Below are positions 35,933 to 45,415 of a stretch of DNA of 64,000 nucleotides, in pieces. The stretch's first letter is position 1; the number at the start of each line of letters is the position of its first letter. Source of the stretch: Patescibacteria group bacterium (GTDB taxonomy: Bacteria; Patescibacteriota; Doudnabacteria; UBA920); contig WARV01000001.1 of assembly GCA_013387205.1 (NCBI GenBank), positions 86 through 64,085 of the forward strand, in the 5' to 3' direction. Below the pieces are notes generated by a model. The model made no database searches and was not told the DNA's origin. It worked only from the letters and a program-made list of their open reading frames with translations. A program made the translations under genes and the position numbers.

Positions 35933-37123
35933 TTAATTTCCACCATTTTGTTTATAGCATCCTAAAATTTTAGGCGCATAGTTTCTTGTTTCGTTATAGC
36001 CAGTATTACACGTAGCAGTGGATCCTTGTGGGCCATTATAGAGACATTCCCATTTCTTTGTCGGCTGTCCTGCGCAGTCGTTTTGCCCTGCGCAAGTGAC
36101 GCTGTTTTGGCAGGCCATGCTGCCTCCGTTGTATCCAGCGGCGATATTTCTAACGTCGTTGCCGCAGCCATTGCGGCTAAGCAACTCTAAATATTTTGCT
36201 CCGATGCAAATGCTCTTGGTCGCGTTATTTGGGTTATTAAGCCATGCGCATGTTATGTTATCTGTCACTCCGCATGATGATTTTAAGTTGTTTGCCGTCT
36301 GGGGCAAAAGCTGCATAAGTCCGCACGAACCTGCATTAGATGTTGAATTTATATTACAACTCGATTCATTAACCATAATGGATTTAATTAGCGCTTCAGT
36401 ATTAATTCCTGGGATGCTGATTGCCGCAGCTGCATCCTTTATTGCAGTCCCATAATTGTTGCAATTGCTGTTCCAGCAAGTTACGTTTGCTGCTTGGCAC
36501 AAGTTGGCTGCTGTCATACTACTTACATTGGAACATGACCCATTGACTGAATTAACGCCAGCCTGATCGCGGGCAACGCCCTGGTATAAATTGGCAGTCG
36601 GAGCTTCCATTAACTCCAATCTTACACTCTGCGGCTGGATATTTTGGAATTTGACCAGGTCAGGATTAATAGCTCTTAGGAAGATAAAGCCAATGAATAA
36701 AATGATTAAGGATGTTACGGTACTGACTAATATGTTTTTCGCTTTGTCTACCGATTCCTGGCTGCCATCTGCAGACATATAAATATATCCGGCTATAACA
36801 ATAAAAAATACGCCGATTATGGAAGCTAAGATTATGGAAAAGCGATAAAGCCTGTTGATGCAGGTGTAAAGGTCGTTTTGGGCAGCATTATTTGCACCTA
36901 CTTGGCTGTCTGACCCGGTACCGAAAAAACTGCCGTTTTGGCTCCAATATTTTCCTTGGTTATTTTCAGTCGGCGCGCACAAATATTGTTTAATTTGGTC
37001 AGACACATGGTACTGGGTGTAATTTGGCGAGCTGCTAGTTTGTGCAAAAGCTAAATTTGCATAAGACAAAATAACTTGGACAAGAAGAAATGCCAAAAGA
37101 TATGTTTTTAATTTATTGGTCAT
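35933..37123 (-). CDS. Secreted/membrane-anchored lytic transglycosylase (SLT domain)-like protein with Cys-rich C-terminus
   Basis: N-terminal hydrophobic signal, an internal TM helix, and the SLT-like motif VNESSCN...AGSCGLMQLLPQTA. Confidence 0.55.
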   Translation of the reverse strand: MTNKLKTYLLAFLLVQVILSYANLAFAQTSSSPNYTQYHVSDQIKQYLCAPTENNQGKYWSQNGSFFGTGSDSQVGANNAAQNDLYTCINRLYRFSIILASIIGVFFIVIAGYIYMSADGSQESVDKAKNILVSTVTSLIILFIGFIFLRAINPDLVKFQNIQPQSVRLELMEAPTANLYQGVARDQAGVNSVNGSCSNVSSMTAANLCQAANVTCWNSNCNNYGTAIKDAAAAISIPGINTEALIKSIMVNESSCNINSTSNAGSCGLMQLLPQTANNLKSSCGVTDNITCAWLNNPNNATKSICIGAKYLELLSRNGCGNDVRNIAAGYNGGSMACQNSVTCAGQNDCAGQPTKKWECLYNGPQGSTATCNTGYNETRNYAPKILGCYKQNGGN

Positions 37124-37164
37124 TTTATTTAAAACGATCTTTTAATTTTTATTTCAAAAAAATA

Positions 37165-38460
37165 TTATTGTAGGAAATCTAAAGGATTATAAGTGTAGCC
37201 ATACGGGATCTTGTAAGGCCCGTAAATTCTGCCGTAGGCACCGTCGGATACCCCGAAGCCTTCTGCGTCGTAAACGCCAAAATGGATGTGGTAGCCTCTC
37301 TCCGGACCGTAAAGCTTTTTGGTTGTATTGCCGGTATTGCCTTCGTAACCGATCAAATCTCCTTGCTGCACTTTTTGCCCTGGTTTTACAATAAAGCTCC
37401 TGAAATGAGCGTATAATGTAATAATTTCTCTTGTACCGGTTTTTGTCGAAATGGAATGCTTAATTGCCACCCAGTTGCCGTAAGAAGCATCGGACCTGTC
37501 AGTATACAAAACCGTGCCGTCAGCTGCCGCATAAATCGGCTGGGCAGCCGGAGCCGCCACGTCAATACCGTTGTGGAAGTTGTATCCTAAGGCGGTAAAG
37601 CCCGTATTGCCGTATTTTTGCGTCAAAACGCCATCCATAGGCCAGGCAATAACGCCTTTTGACGGATTAATAGACCTGTTGCCGAGCTTGGTTCTGATTT
37701 TGCTATCCAAGTCTTCTATCTCTTTTTGCAAATTTTGTTCTTCTGTTTTACTGACAGATAGAAGTTTTTGGTAATTGCTTTCCAAACCGCGTGTCTGGTT
37801 TAAAAGCGTTTGCTTTTGGCCGCGCTGCTGGTTTAAGGAATCTTGGGTGATTTGCAGCTGGTTTTTCAGCTCCATCATTTTATCCATGTTAACCTGTAAT
37901 TCGTGCTGCTGCTGTTCCATCTTGGCTTTTAAATCTTTGATCTTTTGGGTCAGTTGGAAAATTTTATCCTGATAGCTTTGCGTGTATTGGACCTGGTCCA
38001 AAAATTGCGATAGGTTTTCGCTGCCAACTGTCGTCCTTAAAGCGTATTCGCCGTCAAATTCGTTTAATTCCTTAATCAGCTGGGCTAGGATTTTTTTATT
38101 TTCCTGAATGTCCGCAGCTTTTTGCTCAATCATTTTTTGCAGCTCGCTGATTTGCAACTTGGTATCTTCAATCTGGGTTTCTTTGGCTTGGATTTGCAGC
38201 TCAGTTGCGGCTATTTGATTATCGTAAATGGCTATTTCATTTTTTAAAGTGTTCGATTTTTTCCTGGTTTCGTCAATCTGCTGGGTGTATTGTTTAATCT
38301 GCTTGTTCAAACTGTCCAATTTCTTTTGCGTTTCGGATTTTTGTGCGTTAAGCTGGTCAACTGTGGAATCTGCCAGGGCATTATAAAAACCCAAGCTGCC
38401 AATTAAAAGTACAGCCAATAAACTCAAGGCTTTTGTTTTTATTTCTTTTCGGTATTTCAT
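37165..38460 (-). CDS. M23-family peptidoglycan metalloendopeptidase with long N-terminal coiled-coil (EnvC/LytM-like)
   Basis: HNGIDVAAPAAQPIYAAADGTV, GNWVAIKH and HIHFGVY motifs. N-terminal TM plus coiled-coil. Track start at 38514; the internal MKYRKE at 38460 is the likelier start. Confidence 0.8.
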   Translation of the reverse strand: MKYRKEIKTKALSLLAVLLIGSLGFYNALADSTVDQLNAQKSETQKKLDSLNKQIKQYTQQIDETRKKSNTLKNEIAIYDNQIAATELQIQAKETQIEDTKLQISELQKMIEQKAADIQENKKILAQLIKELNEFDGEYALRTTVGSENLSQFLDQVQYTQSYQDKIFQLTQKIKDLKAKMEQQQHELQVNMDKMMELKNQLQITQDSLNQQRGQKQTLLNQTRGLESNYQKLLSVSKTEEQNLQKEIEDLDSKIRTKLGNRSINPSKGVIAWPMDGVLTQKYGNTGFTALGYNFHNGIDVAAPAAQPIYAAADGTVLYTDRSDASYGNWVAIKHSISTKTGTREIITLYAHFRSFIVKPGQKVQQGDLIGYEGNTGNTTKKLYGPERGYHIHFGVYDAEGFGVSDGAYGRIYGPYKIPYGYTYNPLDFLQ

Positions 38461-38539
38461 TGCTATTATTATACCACAAATTGCTGTTTTTTCGTAGATA
38501 ATGCGCAAAATCAAAATAGTATGCGAATTATGCGAAAAA

Positions 38540-38562
38540 CCCCGCCTCTTAAAGAGGCGGGG
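38540..38562 (-). terminator. Intrinsic terminator hairpin CCCCGCCTCTT...AAGAGGCGGGG, copy 1 of a recurrent motif
   Basis: Immediately after the gltX stop, with a T-run on the minus strand. Confidence 0.6.
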
Positions 38563-38573
38563 TAAAATATTTA

Positions 38574-40088
38574 TTATAATTTATCCATCCCTGTCTGTAG
38601 CCGCTTTATCACTTCGTCTTTACCGTATCCCAAAGCCAGGACGGCTGCCACGTCAAACGGGGGCGGGCTGGCCTGCATGCCGGTTAGAGCCGCGCGCATT
38701 GGCCAAAGAACCGATCCGTTATCAAAATTATTATTTGCAATGAAATCTTTAATTTCTTTTTCCAATTCAGCTTTTATAAATTTATTTTCAGAAAAGCCTG
38801 ACAATAAGTCTGTAAGCATTGATAATTTATTTTTAGCATCTGTTGCATCAGCTTTTTTCCAAACCAGCAGGGAAGCGTCGTATTCCGGAAGTGCAAAAAA
38901 ATATTTCGTCCTCTCCCCTATCTCAGAAAGTTTTTTTAGCCTCTCTTTTTCCAGGACAGTAATCGCTTCCAAAAACCCGCGTTTAAATTTTTGCGTGTCA
39001 ACTCCACTCTTTTGCCAGTATGGAATGAGTAAATCCGTAAGCTCCCTATCCGTTCTGCTGCGGATATACAAGCCGTTCATCCAATCCAGTTTGTTAGTAT
39101 CGAAAATCGCGGCGGCTTTGTTGATTTTTGCCAAATCGAACTGGGAAATTAAATCCTGCATGGAGAAAATTTCCTGCTCAGTCTTTGGGTTCCATCCCAA
39201 AAACGCGACAAAGTTAACGAGTGCTTCCTTCAGGTAGCCTTTATTCAAAAAGTCTTCCACCGCCACGTCGCCCTGGCGCTTGGATAATTTAGTTTTGTCA
39301 GGATTAACAATAAGCGGGATGTGCGCCATTAGCGGAATTTGCCAGTTGAATGCCTGGTAAAGCAAAACATGCTTTGGCGTAGACGGCATCCATTCCTCGC
39401 CGCGGATTATGTGGGAGATTTGCATGAAGTGGTCGTCGATCACTACTGCCAAATGGTAGGTCGGAAAACCGTCGGACTTCAACAGAACATGGTCGTCCAA
39501 TATTTTGTTTTCGTAGGTAATGTCGCCGTAAATTAAATCGTGGATGACTGTTTGCCCTTCCAGTGGTATAGCGAATCGAACAACAGGGTTTCGTCCTTGC
39601 TCGCGGATTTTCGCCATTTCTTCTTCAATTTGCTCTTTGGTCAAATTGCGGCATTTTCTGTCATACATCGGCGGTTTTTTAAGCGCTACCTGCTCTTTGC
39701 GCACTTCTTCGAGCCGCTCTTCGCTACAAAAACAATAGTAGGCATGGCCTTTGCTGATAAGCTCTAACGCATGCTTCTGGTAGAGAGGCAAGCGCTGCGA
39801 TTGCAGGTATGGGGCAAGCTCCCCTCTTTCTTTAACCTGATTGTTTTCGTCTAAATAAAATCCTTCATCGAATTCAATCCCGAGCTGCTTCATAACCTTC
39901 AAAAGATTGTCTACCGCGCCTTCCACGAGCCTTGTCCTGTCCGTATCCTCAATGCGCAAAACCAGCTTGCCGTTATTTTTCCTGGCAAACAAAAATTCAA
40001 ACAGCGCTGTCCGCAAAGATCCAATGTGGACATACCCTGTCGGGCTCGGCGCAAAACGCACGCGGATTTGTGAGGTCGTATCAGTCAT
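38574..40088 (-). CDS. gltX: Glutamyl-tRNA synthetase
   Basis: PSPTGYVHIGSLRTA (HIGH), KLSKRQG (KMSKS) and class I GluRS architecture. Confidence 0.9.
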   Translation of the reverse strand: MTDTTSQIRVRFAPSPTGYVHIGSLRTALFEFLFARKNNGKLVLRIEDTDRTRLVEGAVDNLLKVMKQLGIEFDEGFYLDENNQVKERGELAPYLQSQRLPLYQKHALELISKGHAYYCFCSEERLEEVRKEQVALKKPPMYDRKCRNLTKEQIEEEMAKIREQGRNPVVRFAIPLEGQTVIHDLIYGDITYENKILDDHVLLKSDGFPTYHLAVVIDDHFMQISHIIRGEEWMPSTPKHVLLYQAFNWQIPLMAHIPLIVNPDKTKLSKRQGDVAVEDFLNKGYLKEALVNFVAFLGWNPKTEQEIFSMQDLISQFDLAKINKAAAIFDTNKLDWMNGLYIRSRTDRELTDLLIPYWQKSGVDTQKFKRGFLEAITVLEKERLKKLSEIGERTKYFFALPEYDASLLVWKKADATDAKNKLSMLTDLLSGFSENKFIKAELEKEIKDFIANNNFDNGSVLWPMRAALTGMQASPPPFDVAAVLALGYGKDEVIKRLQTGMDKL

Positions 40089-40120
40089 AAATTTGGGGTT
40101 AACTTTATAATTTTACCATT

Positions 40121-41473
40121 TCATGCGGTTTTTATCAATTCGGGCATCTGGGACAAATCGCTTAAAACCAATTTAATAAGTTCAGATTTTTGTTCGGTTA
40201 TGCTCTCTTTTAAATTCTGCCAGGGAACCCATTTGTATTCCACAAACTCATCCCAATCCAAGACGACTTCTTTTTCCTGCCCGAAAAATTTAAAATATGC
40301 AATTTTTTGTTCTTGGCCTTTGTAGTGATATCTCTTCCCAATGAACAGCGGCCTTTTGCCCATATCCTTCCAAAGGTACGCATGGGAATGGTTGGATATT
40401 TTAATCAAGTTGACGCTTCTCATTGCCGTTTCTTCCCAAAGCTCACGCTTTGCTCCTTCTGCAACATCTTCCCCAGGCTCAATCCCGCCCTGCGGCAACT
40501 GCCAATAATTTTCAAAATAATTTTTTGGATAGCCTAAAACATTAATCACTCCTTTTTCAGGATTGAACTTGCCAATAAAAATTTCGTTTTTGTCGTTCAG
40601 TACAACACTTACTACATTGGGCCTATAGGGCAGGCTTAAAAATACTTTGGTTTTGATTAATGCCCAAATTAGGCCAAAGGTGGCATTAAAGATGCGTTTA
40701 ATTCTGTAAGGCTGGGTAAATAGCCTAAATAGCCATTCTAGGCCCATTTTACGCATAAATTTGGGCGGATTTAGGCGTTTTCCTGCCAGATAATCAAAGG
40801 TACCGCCTAGGCCGATAATCATTTTTACAGGCAAATTTTCAAGGTTGGCCGCTATCCAGCGCTCCTGCTTAATTGGCCCGTATGCGACAAATAACAGGTC
40901 GGGTCGGGCTTTTTTTATGTCCTCGATTATACTGGGATCGTCTGGATTTTTGCCTGAAAAAAACAAGGACTGATTTTGACGGCCGTTTAAATTGGTCATA
41001 TGCGAAGAGAGTTTGTTTGCGGCCAGTTTTGCCGTATCGCCAAAACCTCCAAGCAAATAAATTGACCAGTTATTTTTGGCAGCCATCTTTGCCAAATCCA
41101 AAACCAGAGACGAGCCGGGAATGGTTTCTTTGATTTCAGATTTCACCCAGGAAGGCTTGAACAAAATTGCAGCCACACTGTATTTGGCTTGCCAGATCGC
41201 CTGGATAATTTTTGTGTAATATTTTTTCGCGGTAAGCGGGATAGTCACGTACTTGGCAGCCCAGATAATTCCCATGCCATCAGCAACCGCTATGTCTGCT
41301 TTGTTGAGCATGTCCAAAATTTTGCGGTCATTTAAAGCCGCCAGCAGAAATTCGGAATATAAAGTTGTCATCCAGGTTTTTTGGTTTTGCCTGATGCGAT
41401 TTTCTAAATTTTCAAGCAGTTCATTTTTACTAAGCTCGTCTACCTTTAACCCGGCAATATCTATCTTATTCAT
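40121..41473 (-). CDS. Fusion protein: WecB/TagA/CpsF-family glycosyltransferase N-terminal domain with a C-terminal NUDIX hydrolase domain
   Basis: TagA-like core (ADIAVADGMGIIWAAKY...GPIKQERW). C-terminal Nudix box GGIEPGEDVAEGAKRELWEETAM. Track start at 41716; ATG 41473 (MNKIDIAGL) is preferred. Confidence 0.7.
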   Translation of the reverse strand: MNKIDIAGLKVDELSKNELLENLENRIRQNQKTWMTTLYSEFLLAALNDRKILDMLNKADIAVADGMGIIWAAKYVTIPLTAKKYYTKIIQAIWQAKYSVAAILFKPSWVKSEIKETIPGSSLVLDLAKMAAKNNWSIYLLGGFGDTAKLAANKLSSHMTNLNGRQNQSLFFSGKNPDDPSIIEDIKKARPDLLFVAYGPIKQERWIAANLENLPVKMIIGLGGTFDYLAGKRLNPPKFMRKMGLEWLFRLFTQPYRIKRIFNATFGLIWALIKTKVFLSLPYRPNVVSVVLNDKNEIFIGKFNPEKGVINVLGYPKNYFENYWQLPQGGIEPGEDVAEGAKRELWEETAMRSVNLIKISNHSHAYLWKDMGKRPLFIGKRYHYKGQEQKIAYFKFFGQEKEVVLDWDEFVEYKWVPWQNLKESITEQKSELIKLVLSDLSQMPELIKTA

Positions 41474-41542
41474 ATATAATAGTATAACTGATTTTAACAT
41501 TTTTAGGTATCCAAAATTAAAAAAATAAGTTATAATGTACAC

Positions 41543-41833
41543 ATGGAAAGTATAGGAAAAATTGTTAAAATTAAGGGCAAATCGGAAAGGCAAAAGGTTA
41601 AAGTTAACCCTTACCTTCACTCCCCTGCCCACCTTTTGGCCGACGAGTTGTGCCTGAAATTTAATGATAAAAAGCACTTCGGGTTTTACTTGAAAATGGC
41701 CACTCTGTATGACCATAATTTTTTAAGGAATTTGGCCGGGCAAGTGTTGGAAGGCAAAAACGTCAAAACCCCGGGGAAGCTGTTCGCATATTTGATTAAG
41801 AAAAACAATCAGGAGAAGAAAATTTTTAATTGA
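41543..41833 (+). CDS. Hypothetical small basic protein
   Basis: ORF track entry. Confidence 0.35.
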   Translation: MESIGKIVKIKGKSERQKVKVNPYLHSPAHLLADELCLKFNDKKHFGFYLKMATLYDHNFLRNLAGQVLEGKNVKTPGKLFAYLIKKNNQEKKIFN

Positions 41834-41987
41834 CCTAATTATTCTAAAGAGTTTTGTCAATATAAATCCTAATGGCTAATGTCAAATTTTTAGAAATTGT
41901 GGTTTGGGATTTGTTTAGAGCCTGTCCCGTGCCTGACACGGGGTCAATTAGAAATTAGAGTAATTAGAATAATTTGATCGCTAAACT

Positions 41988-42491
41988 ATGGTTTTACCTA
42001 TTGTAACCTATCCGAATAAGATTCTTAGACAGCCGACTGAGCCGGTGACTTTTCCATTGTCCAAGGAAATGAAAAAACTGACTTTGGATATGATCGATAC
42101 TGTCAGGAAAGCTGATGGTATTGGCTTGGCCGCTCCCCAGGTCGGCAAATCGGTAAAATTAATTGTCATAAATTTGGAAAAAGAAGGCGTGAATATTTTT
42201 CCGCTTTATAACCCTAAAATAAAATCCAAGTCATTAAAAAAGATTGAAGTTGAAGAGGGGTGCCTTTCTGTTCCCCATGTTTTTGGGATGGTAAAGCGGC
42301 CGAAAAAAGTGACTGTTCAGGCGCAAAATTTTAACGGCGAGATTGTTGAAATTACCGACGACGGCTGGATAGCCAGGATTGCCCAGCACGAGATAGACCA
42401 CATTAACGGCAAGCTGATTATCGATCTGGCAAAAAAATACACCCAGGGAGAAGAAATTGTTAAAGAGTGGAAGAAGAAAAAGTACATATAA
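41988..42491 (+). CDS. def: Peptide deformylase
   Basis: GIGLAAPQVG, EGCLSVP and HEIDHING motifs. Confidence 0.9.
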   Translation: MVLPIVTYPNKILRQPTEPVTFPLSKEMKKLTLDMIDTVRKADGIGLAAPQVGKSVKLIVINLEKEGVNIFPLYNPKIKSKSLKKIEVEEGCLSVPHVFGMVKRPKKVTVQAQNFNGEIVEITDDGWIARIAQHEIDHINGKLIIDLAKKYTQGEEIVKEWKKKKYI

Positions 42492-42578
42492 TTCGAATTA
42501 CCCGAATCTTATCCAAATGACCCGAAAGGGAATTGTTTGGGGTATTCGGATGGTAATTCGGGGCATTAGGATTATAGA

Positions 42579-43115
42579 ATGAAGTTCATCAAAGACCTTT
42601 TATTTTTTGAAATAGAAACCACGGGGCACGATTCGGACAAAGACAATATTATCCAATTGTCTGCTGTACTGCTCGATAAAGACAATTTGCTGGAAAAAAA
42701 CAATTTTAACACATATGTCAGGGTCAGCTATTTGGACAGCGTGATTTTACAGCACTCTAAGCTGCTGCATACCGATTACGAAACGATAAAGAAAAGCCCG
42801 AAAGTTTATGACGCAATAAAAAAATTCAAGGACAAGTTCGGCAAAGATTTGCTGCTTGCCACCCACAGTGTGGGTAATATTTTGTTTTTGAAAAATGCGT
42901 TTAAAAAAGCTGTGGTTCCTTTTGAATACGACATGCACGTGATTGATTTGTGGACTTTGGGTTATATTTATACTTTGAACTACGGGCTGAAAAAGATGCC
43001 GACTTTCAACACTTTTGTAGATTATTTTAAGTTAAAACAAAAATATCCGCAGAATGCTATGGAGAAAGTCCGGCTCGAAGCGGAGATTTTTAGAAAGATA
43101 ATTAAAGAAGCATAA
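42579..43115 (+). CDS. DnaQ-like (DEDD) 3'-5' exonuclease domain protein, paralog A. The Exo III H...D residues appear to be absent.
   Basis: Exo I motif FEIETTG. The C-terminal region has QNAMEKVRLEAEIF where HDALAD would be expected. Confidence 0.55.
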   Translation: MKFIKDLLFFEIETTGHDSDKDNIIQLSAVLLDKDNLLEKNNFNTYVRVSYLDSVILQHSKLLHTDYETIKKSPKVYDAIKKFKDKFGKDLLLATHSVGNILFLKNAFKKAVVPFEYDMHVIDLWTLGYIYTLNYGLKKMPTFNTFVDYFKLKQKYPQNAMEKVRLEAEIFRKIIKEA

Positions 43116-43233
43116 AACCGCGGAACAAACGCGGATAGCGACGCAGATAACACGCGGAATGCGGTTATCAGCGAGAAATCCGCCACAAAGTGGCCCCTTT
43201 GGGGCGTAATAATCCGCGAGTAATCAGCGATGT

Positions 43234-43800
43234 ATGGATTTTAAAAAAGACCTTTTGGTTATAGACACGGAATTTTCCGGGTTCGACTTGAAAAAACACG
43301 ATTTGCTGCAGTTGGCAGCCGTGTTGCTCGACAGAAAAACTTTAAAGGAAAAAGCGCATTTTAACAGCTACATAAAACCAAAGCATTGGAGAACCAGGGA
43401 TAAGGCATCTATGGCCGTAAACAAGATTTCTTGGCAGCAGGTAAAGGATGCGCCTTCTTTGGAAAAAGTCATAAAGGAATTTGACCAGGCGTTTGATGCC
43501 GATAAGGTTATGCTTACTTCTTATGTCGGTTTTGCGGACAAGCGCTACCTGCTACATGCTTTCAGCGAGGCTGGGGTAAAATTTAAGTTCGATTACCATT
43601 ATTTCGACATCTGGTCTTTTTGCTACGCACATTTAGCCAGGCAAGGGAAACTTATAACCAAAAAAGATTTTGCCGGTTTTGGCATAGAAAGCATGCTAAA
43701 GATGTTTAAGATCAAGTCGACGGGAAAAATGCACGACGCATTAGCTGACTGCCGCATTGAAGCTGAGATATTAAGAAGAGTAATTAAAATTTATAACTAA
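43234..43800 (+). CDS. DnaQ-like (DEDDh) 3'-5' exonuclease domain protein, paralog B
   Basis: Exo I motif IDTEFSG and Exo III motif GKMHDALADCRIEAEIL. Roughly 30% identical to paralog A. Confidence 0.65.
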   Translation: MDFKKDLLVIDTEFSGFDLKKHDLLQLAAVLLDRKTLKEKAHFNSYIKPKHWRTRDKASMAVNKISWQQVKDAPSLEKVIKEFDQAFDADKVMLTSYVGFADKRYLLHAFSEAGVKFKFDYHYFDIWSFCYAHLARQGKLITKKDFAGFGIESMLKMFKIKSTGKMHDALADCRIEAEILRRVIKIYN

Positions 43801-43913
43801 TCTACAAATTTAACGAATAAAACGAATGACAACTAATGCGTACTAAGAAAGAATTAGTTGTCATTAGTTATTATTAGTATGTATTCGTTGATTAGTTAAT
43901 TATATTCGTAATT

Positions 43914-44837
43914 ATGAAGATTGTTTTTTTTGGGACATCGAATTTCGCCTTACCTATTTTGGAAGCTTTGGTTTCAAAGCATGATGTTGCGGCGGTGGTG
44001 ACATCTCCTGACGCGCCGGTTGGACGCAAGCGGGAATTTTCGGAAAGCCCGGTTTCGGCACTTGCTACGGATTTGAAACTAAAAACATTAAAGCCGGCCA
44101 GCCTTAAAGGCAATGACCTATTTCGTTTAGAGCTCGCAGATTTGAAAGCCGACATGTTTGTTGTGGCTGCTTACGGCCGGATTATCCCAAAAGATATTAT
44201 CGAACTGCCGCCGCATAAAACTTTGAATGTCCACCCGTCTAAGCTTCCCAAATACAGAGGTGCTTCCCCTATCCAATACGCGCTCTTAAATGGCGATACT
44301 GAAACCGGCATCAGTATAATGCAGATAGATGAAGAAATGGACCATGGCCCAATTTTGACAATGGAAAAAGCTGCCATAGACAGTGATGATAATTTTATCA
44401 CGTTGTCTGACAGATTGGCGCGAGCTTCGGCCAAATTGCTTTTGGCGGTTTTAGATGAATACGCAAATGGCAGGCTTACCCTTAAGGAGCAGGACCATAA
44501 AAGCGCAAGTTTTACAAAAATTATTACCAAACAGGATGGAAAAGTCGATTGGAATAAAACCGGCCAGGAAATTTTCAACCAGTTCCGCGCCTTTTACCCT
44601 TGGCCGGGATTATGGACGACATGGAACGGCAAAAAGATAAAAATCACCGGCTGTTCGCTGTCGGATTTGAATTTTCCAGACCAGCAGCCCGGTACGGTAA
44701 ATGCTAACGGAGTTGTTGTTTGCGGCAAGGATACGGCTGTTGAAATTTCCAGGCTGCAGATGGAAGGAAAAAACGAGGCTGGAATTTTAGATTTTTTGAA
44801 CGGTTATCCGCAGATTATAGGCAGTAAGTTGGAATAA
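43914..44837 (+). CDS. fmt: Methionyl-tRNA formyltransferase
   Basis: MKIVFFGTSNFALPILEAL N-terminus, HPSKLPKYRGASPIQ, and C-terminal domain. Confidence 0.9.
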   Translation: MKIVFFGTSNFALPILEALVSKHDVAAVVTSPDAPVGRKREFSESPVSALATDLKLKTLKPASLKGNDLFRLELADLKADMFVVAAYGRIIPKDIIELPPHKTLNVHPSKLPKYRGASPIQYALLNGDTETGISIMQIDEEMDHGPILTMEKAAIDSDDNFITLSDRLARASAKLLLAVLDEYANGRLTLKEQDHKSASFTKIITKQDGKVDWNKTGQEIFNQFRAFYPWPGLWTTWNGKKIKITGCSLSDLNFPDQQPGTVNANGVVVCGKDTAVEISRLQMEGKNEAGILDFLNGYPQIIGSKLE

Positions 44838-44847
44838 TAAACGCTCA

Positions 44848-44880
44848 AAAAACAACCCTGGACAAACCTAGGGTTGTTTT
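44848..44880 (+). terminator. Intrinsic terminator after fmt (AACAACCCTgg...ctAGGGTTGTT followed by TTTGTT)
   Basis: 9-bp stem plus a T-run. Confidence 0.55.
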
Positions 44881-44921
44881 GTTAAAATTATAAGCCAATA
44901 CGGAAAGAGGAGGAAGTTTAA

Positions 44922-45236
44922 ATGATTATAGAGTCTGTGATGCGTTTTGAGCAGTCTGGGAGAGTCGAGGTTTTTTTAGGGAAACCGGGTTGTGTGCGTT
45001 GGGTGCTTCTTGCTTATATCGAGAAACAATCTCGGGATAAGTATAAGTATAAATATGTAGAAATTACTGTCGTGGAATCGACCTTTGTTAAGGGGGATCG
45101 CCGGATCACTTTCAAACACGCAAGAGGCCGATCAATGGCCATTAAATGTTACAAAATCGTATCGATCCAAAAGGTGTCGGGTGCGTTGGTGACGATGAAA
45201 TTTCCACCTTTAGTTTCAGATGCAAAGCAAGACTAG
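44922..45236 (+). CDS. Hypothetical protein (104 aa)
   Basis: Strong SD GAGGAGG 7 nt upstream of the ATG. Confidence 0.45.
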   Translation: MIIESVMRFEQSGRVEVFLGKPGCVRWVLLAYIEKQSRDKYKYKYVEITVVESTFVKGDRRITFKHARGRSMAIKCYKIVSIQKVSGALVTMKFPPLVSDAKQD

Positions 45237-45291
45237 CAAGCGCCGTATCCTACAACAATTTTGGGATACGGTGTGCTTTTTAACATCTAGC

Positions 45292-45320
45292 GAATACCTC
45301 AACCGTCGGTTGAGGTATTC
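45292..45320. repeat. 29-bp perfect palindrome GAATACCTCAACCG-T-CGGTTGAGGTATTC
   Basis: Exact reverse-complement arms of 14 bp. Checked base by base. Confidence 0.8.
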
Positions 45321-45347
45321 ATACGCCTATAAACATTGGTTAAATTT

Positions 45348-45387
45348 AATTCCCGGAAAACGAGCGATCGCTCGTTTTCCGGGAATT
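45348..45387. repeat. 40-bp perfect palindrome AATTCCCGGAAAACGAGCGA|TCGCTCGTTTTCCGGGAATT
   Basis: Exact 20+20 reverse complement. Checked base by base. Confidence 0.8.
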
Positions 45388-45415
45388 GTGCTATCTGCTA
45401 ATCGCTATGAAAGGA

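Noticed and set aside
38501-39237. + strand ORFs 38501..38743 and 38677..39237 overlapping gltX
   Set aside because: Antisense to a confidently identified aminoacyl-tRNA synthetase. The first also spans a terminator hairpin.
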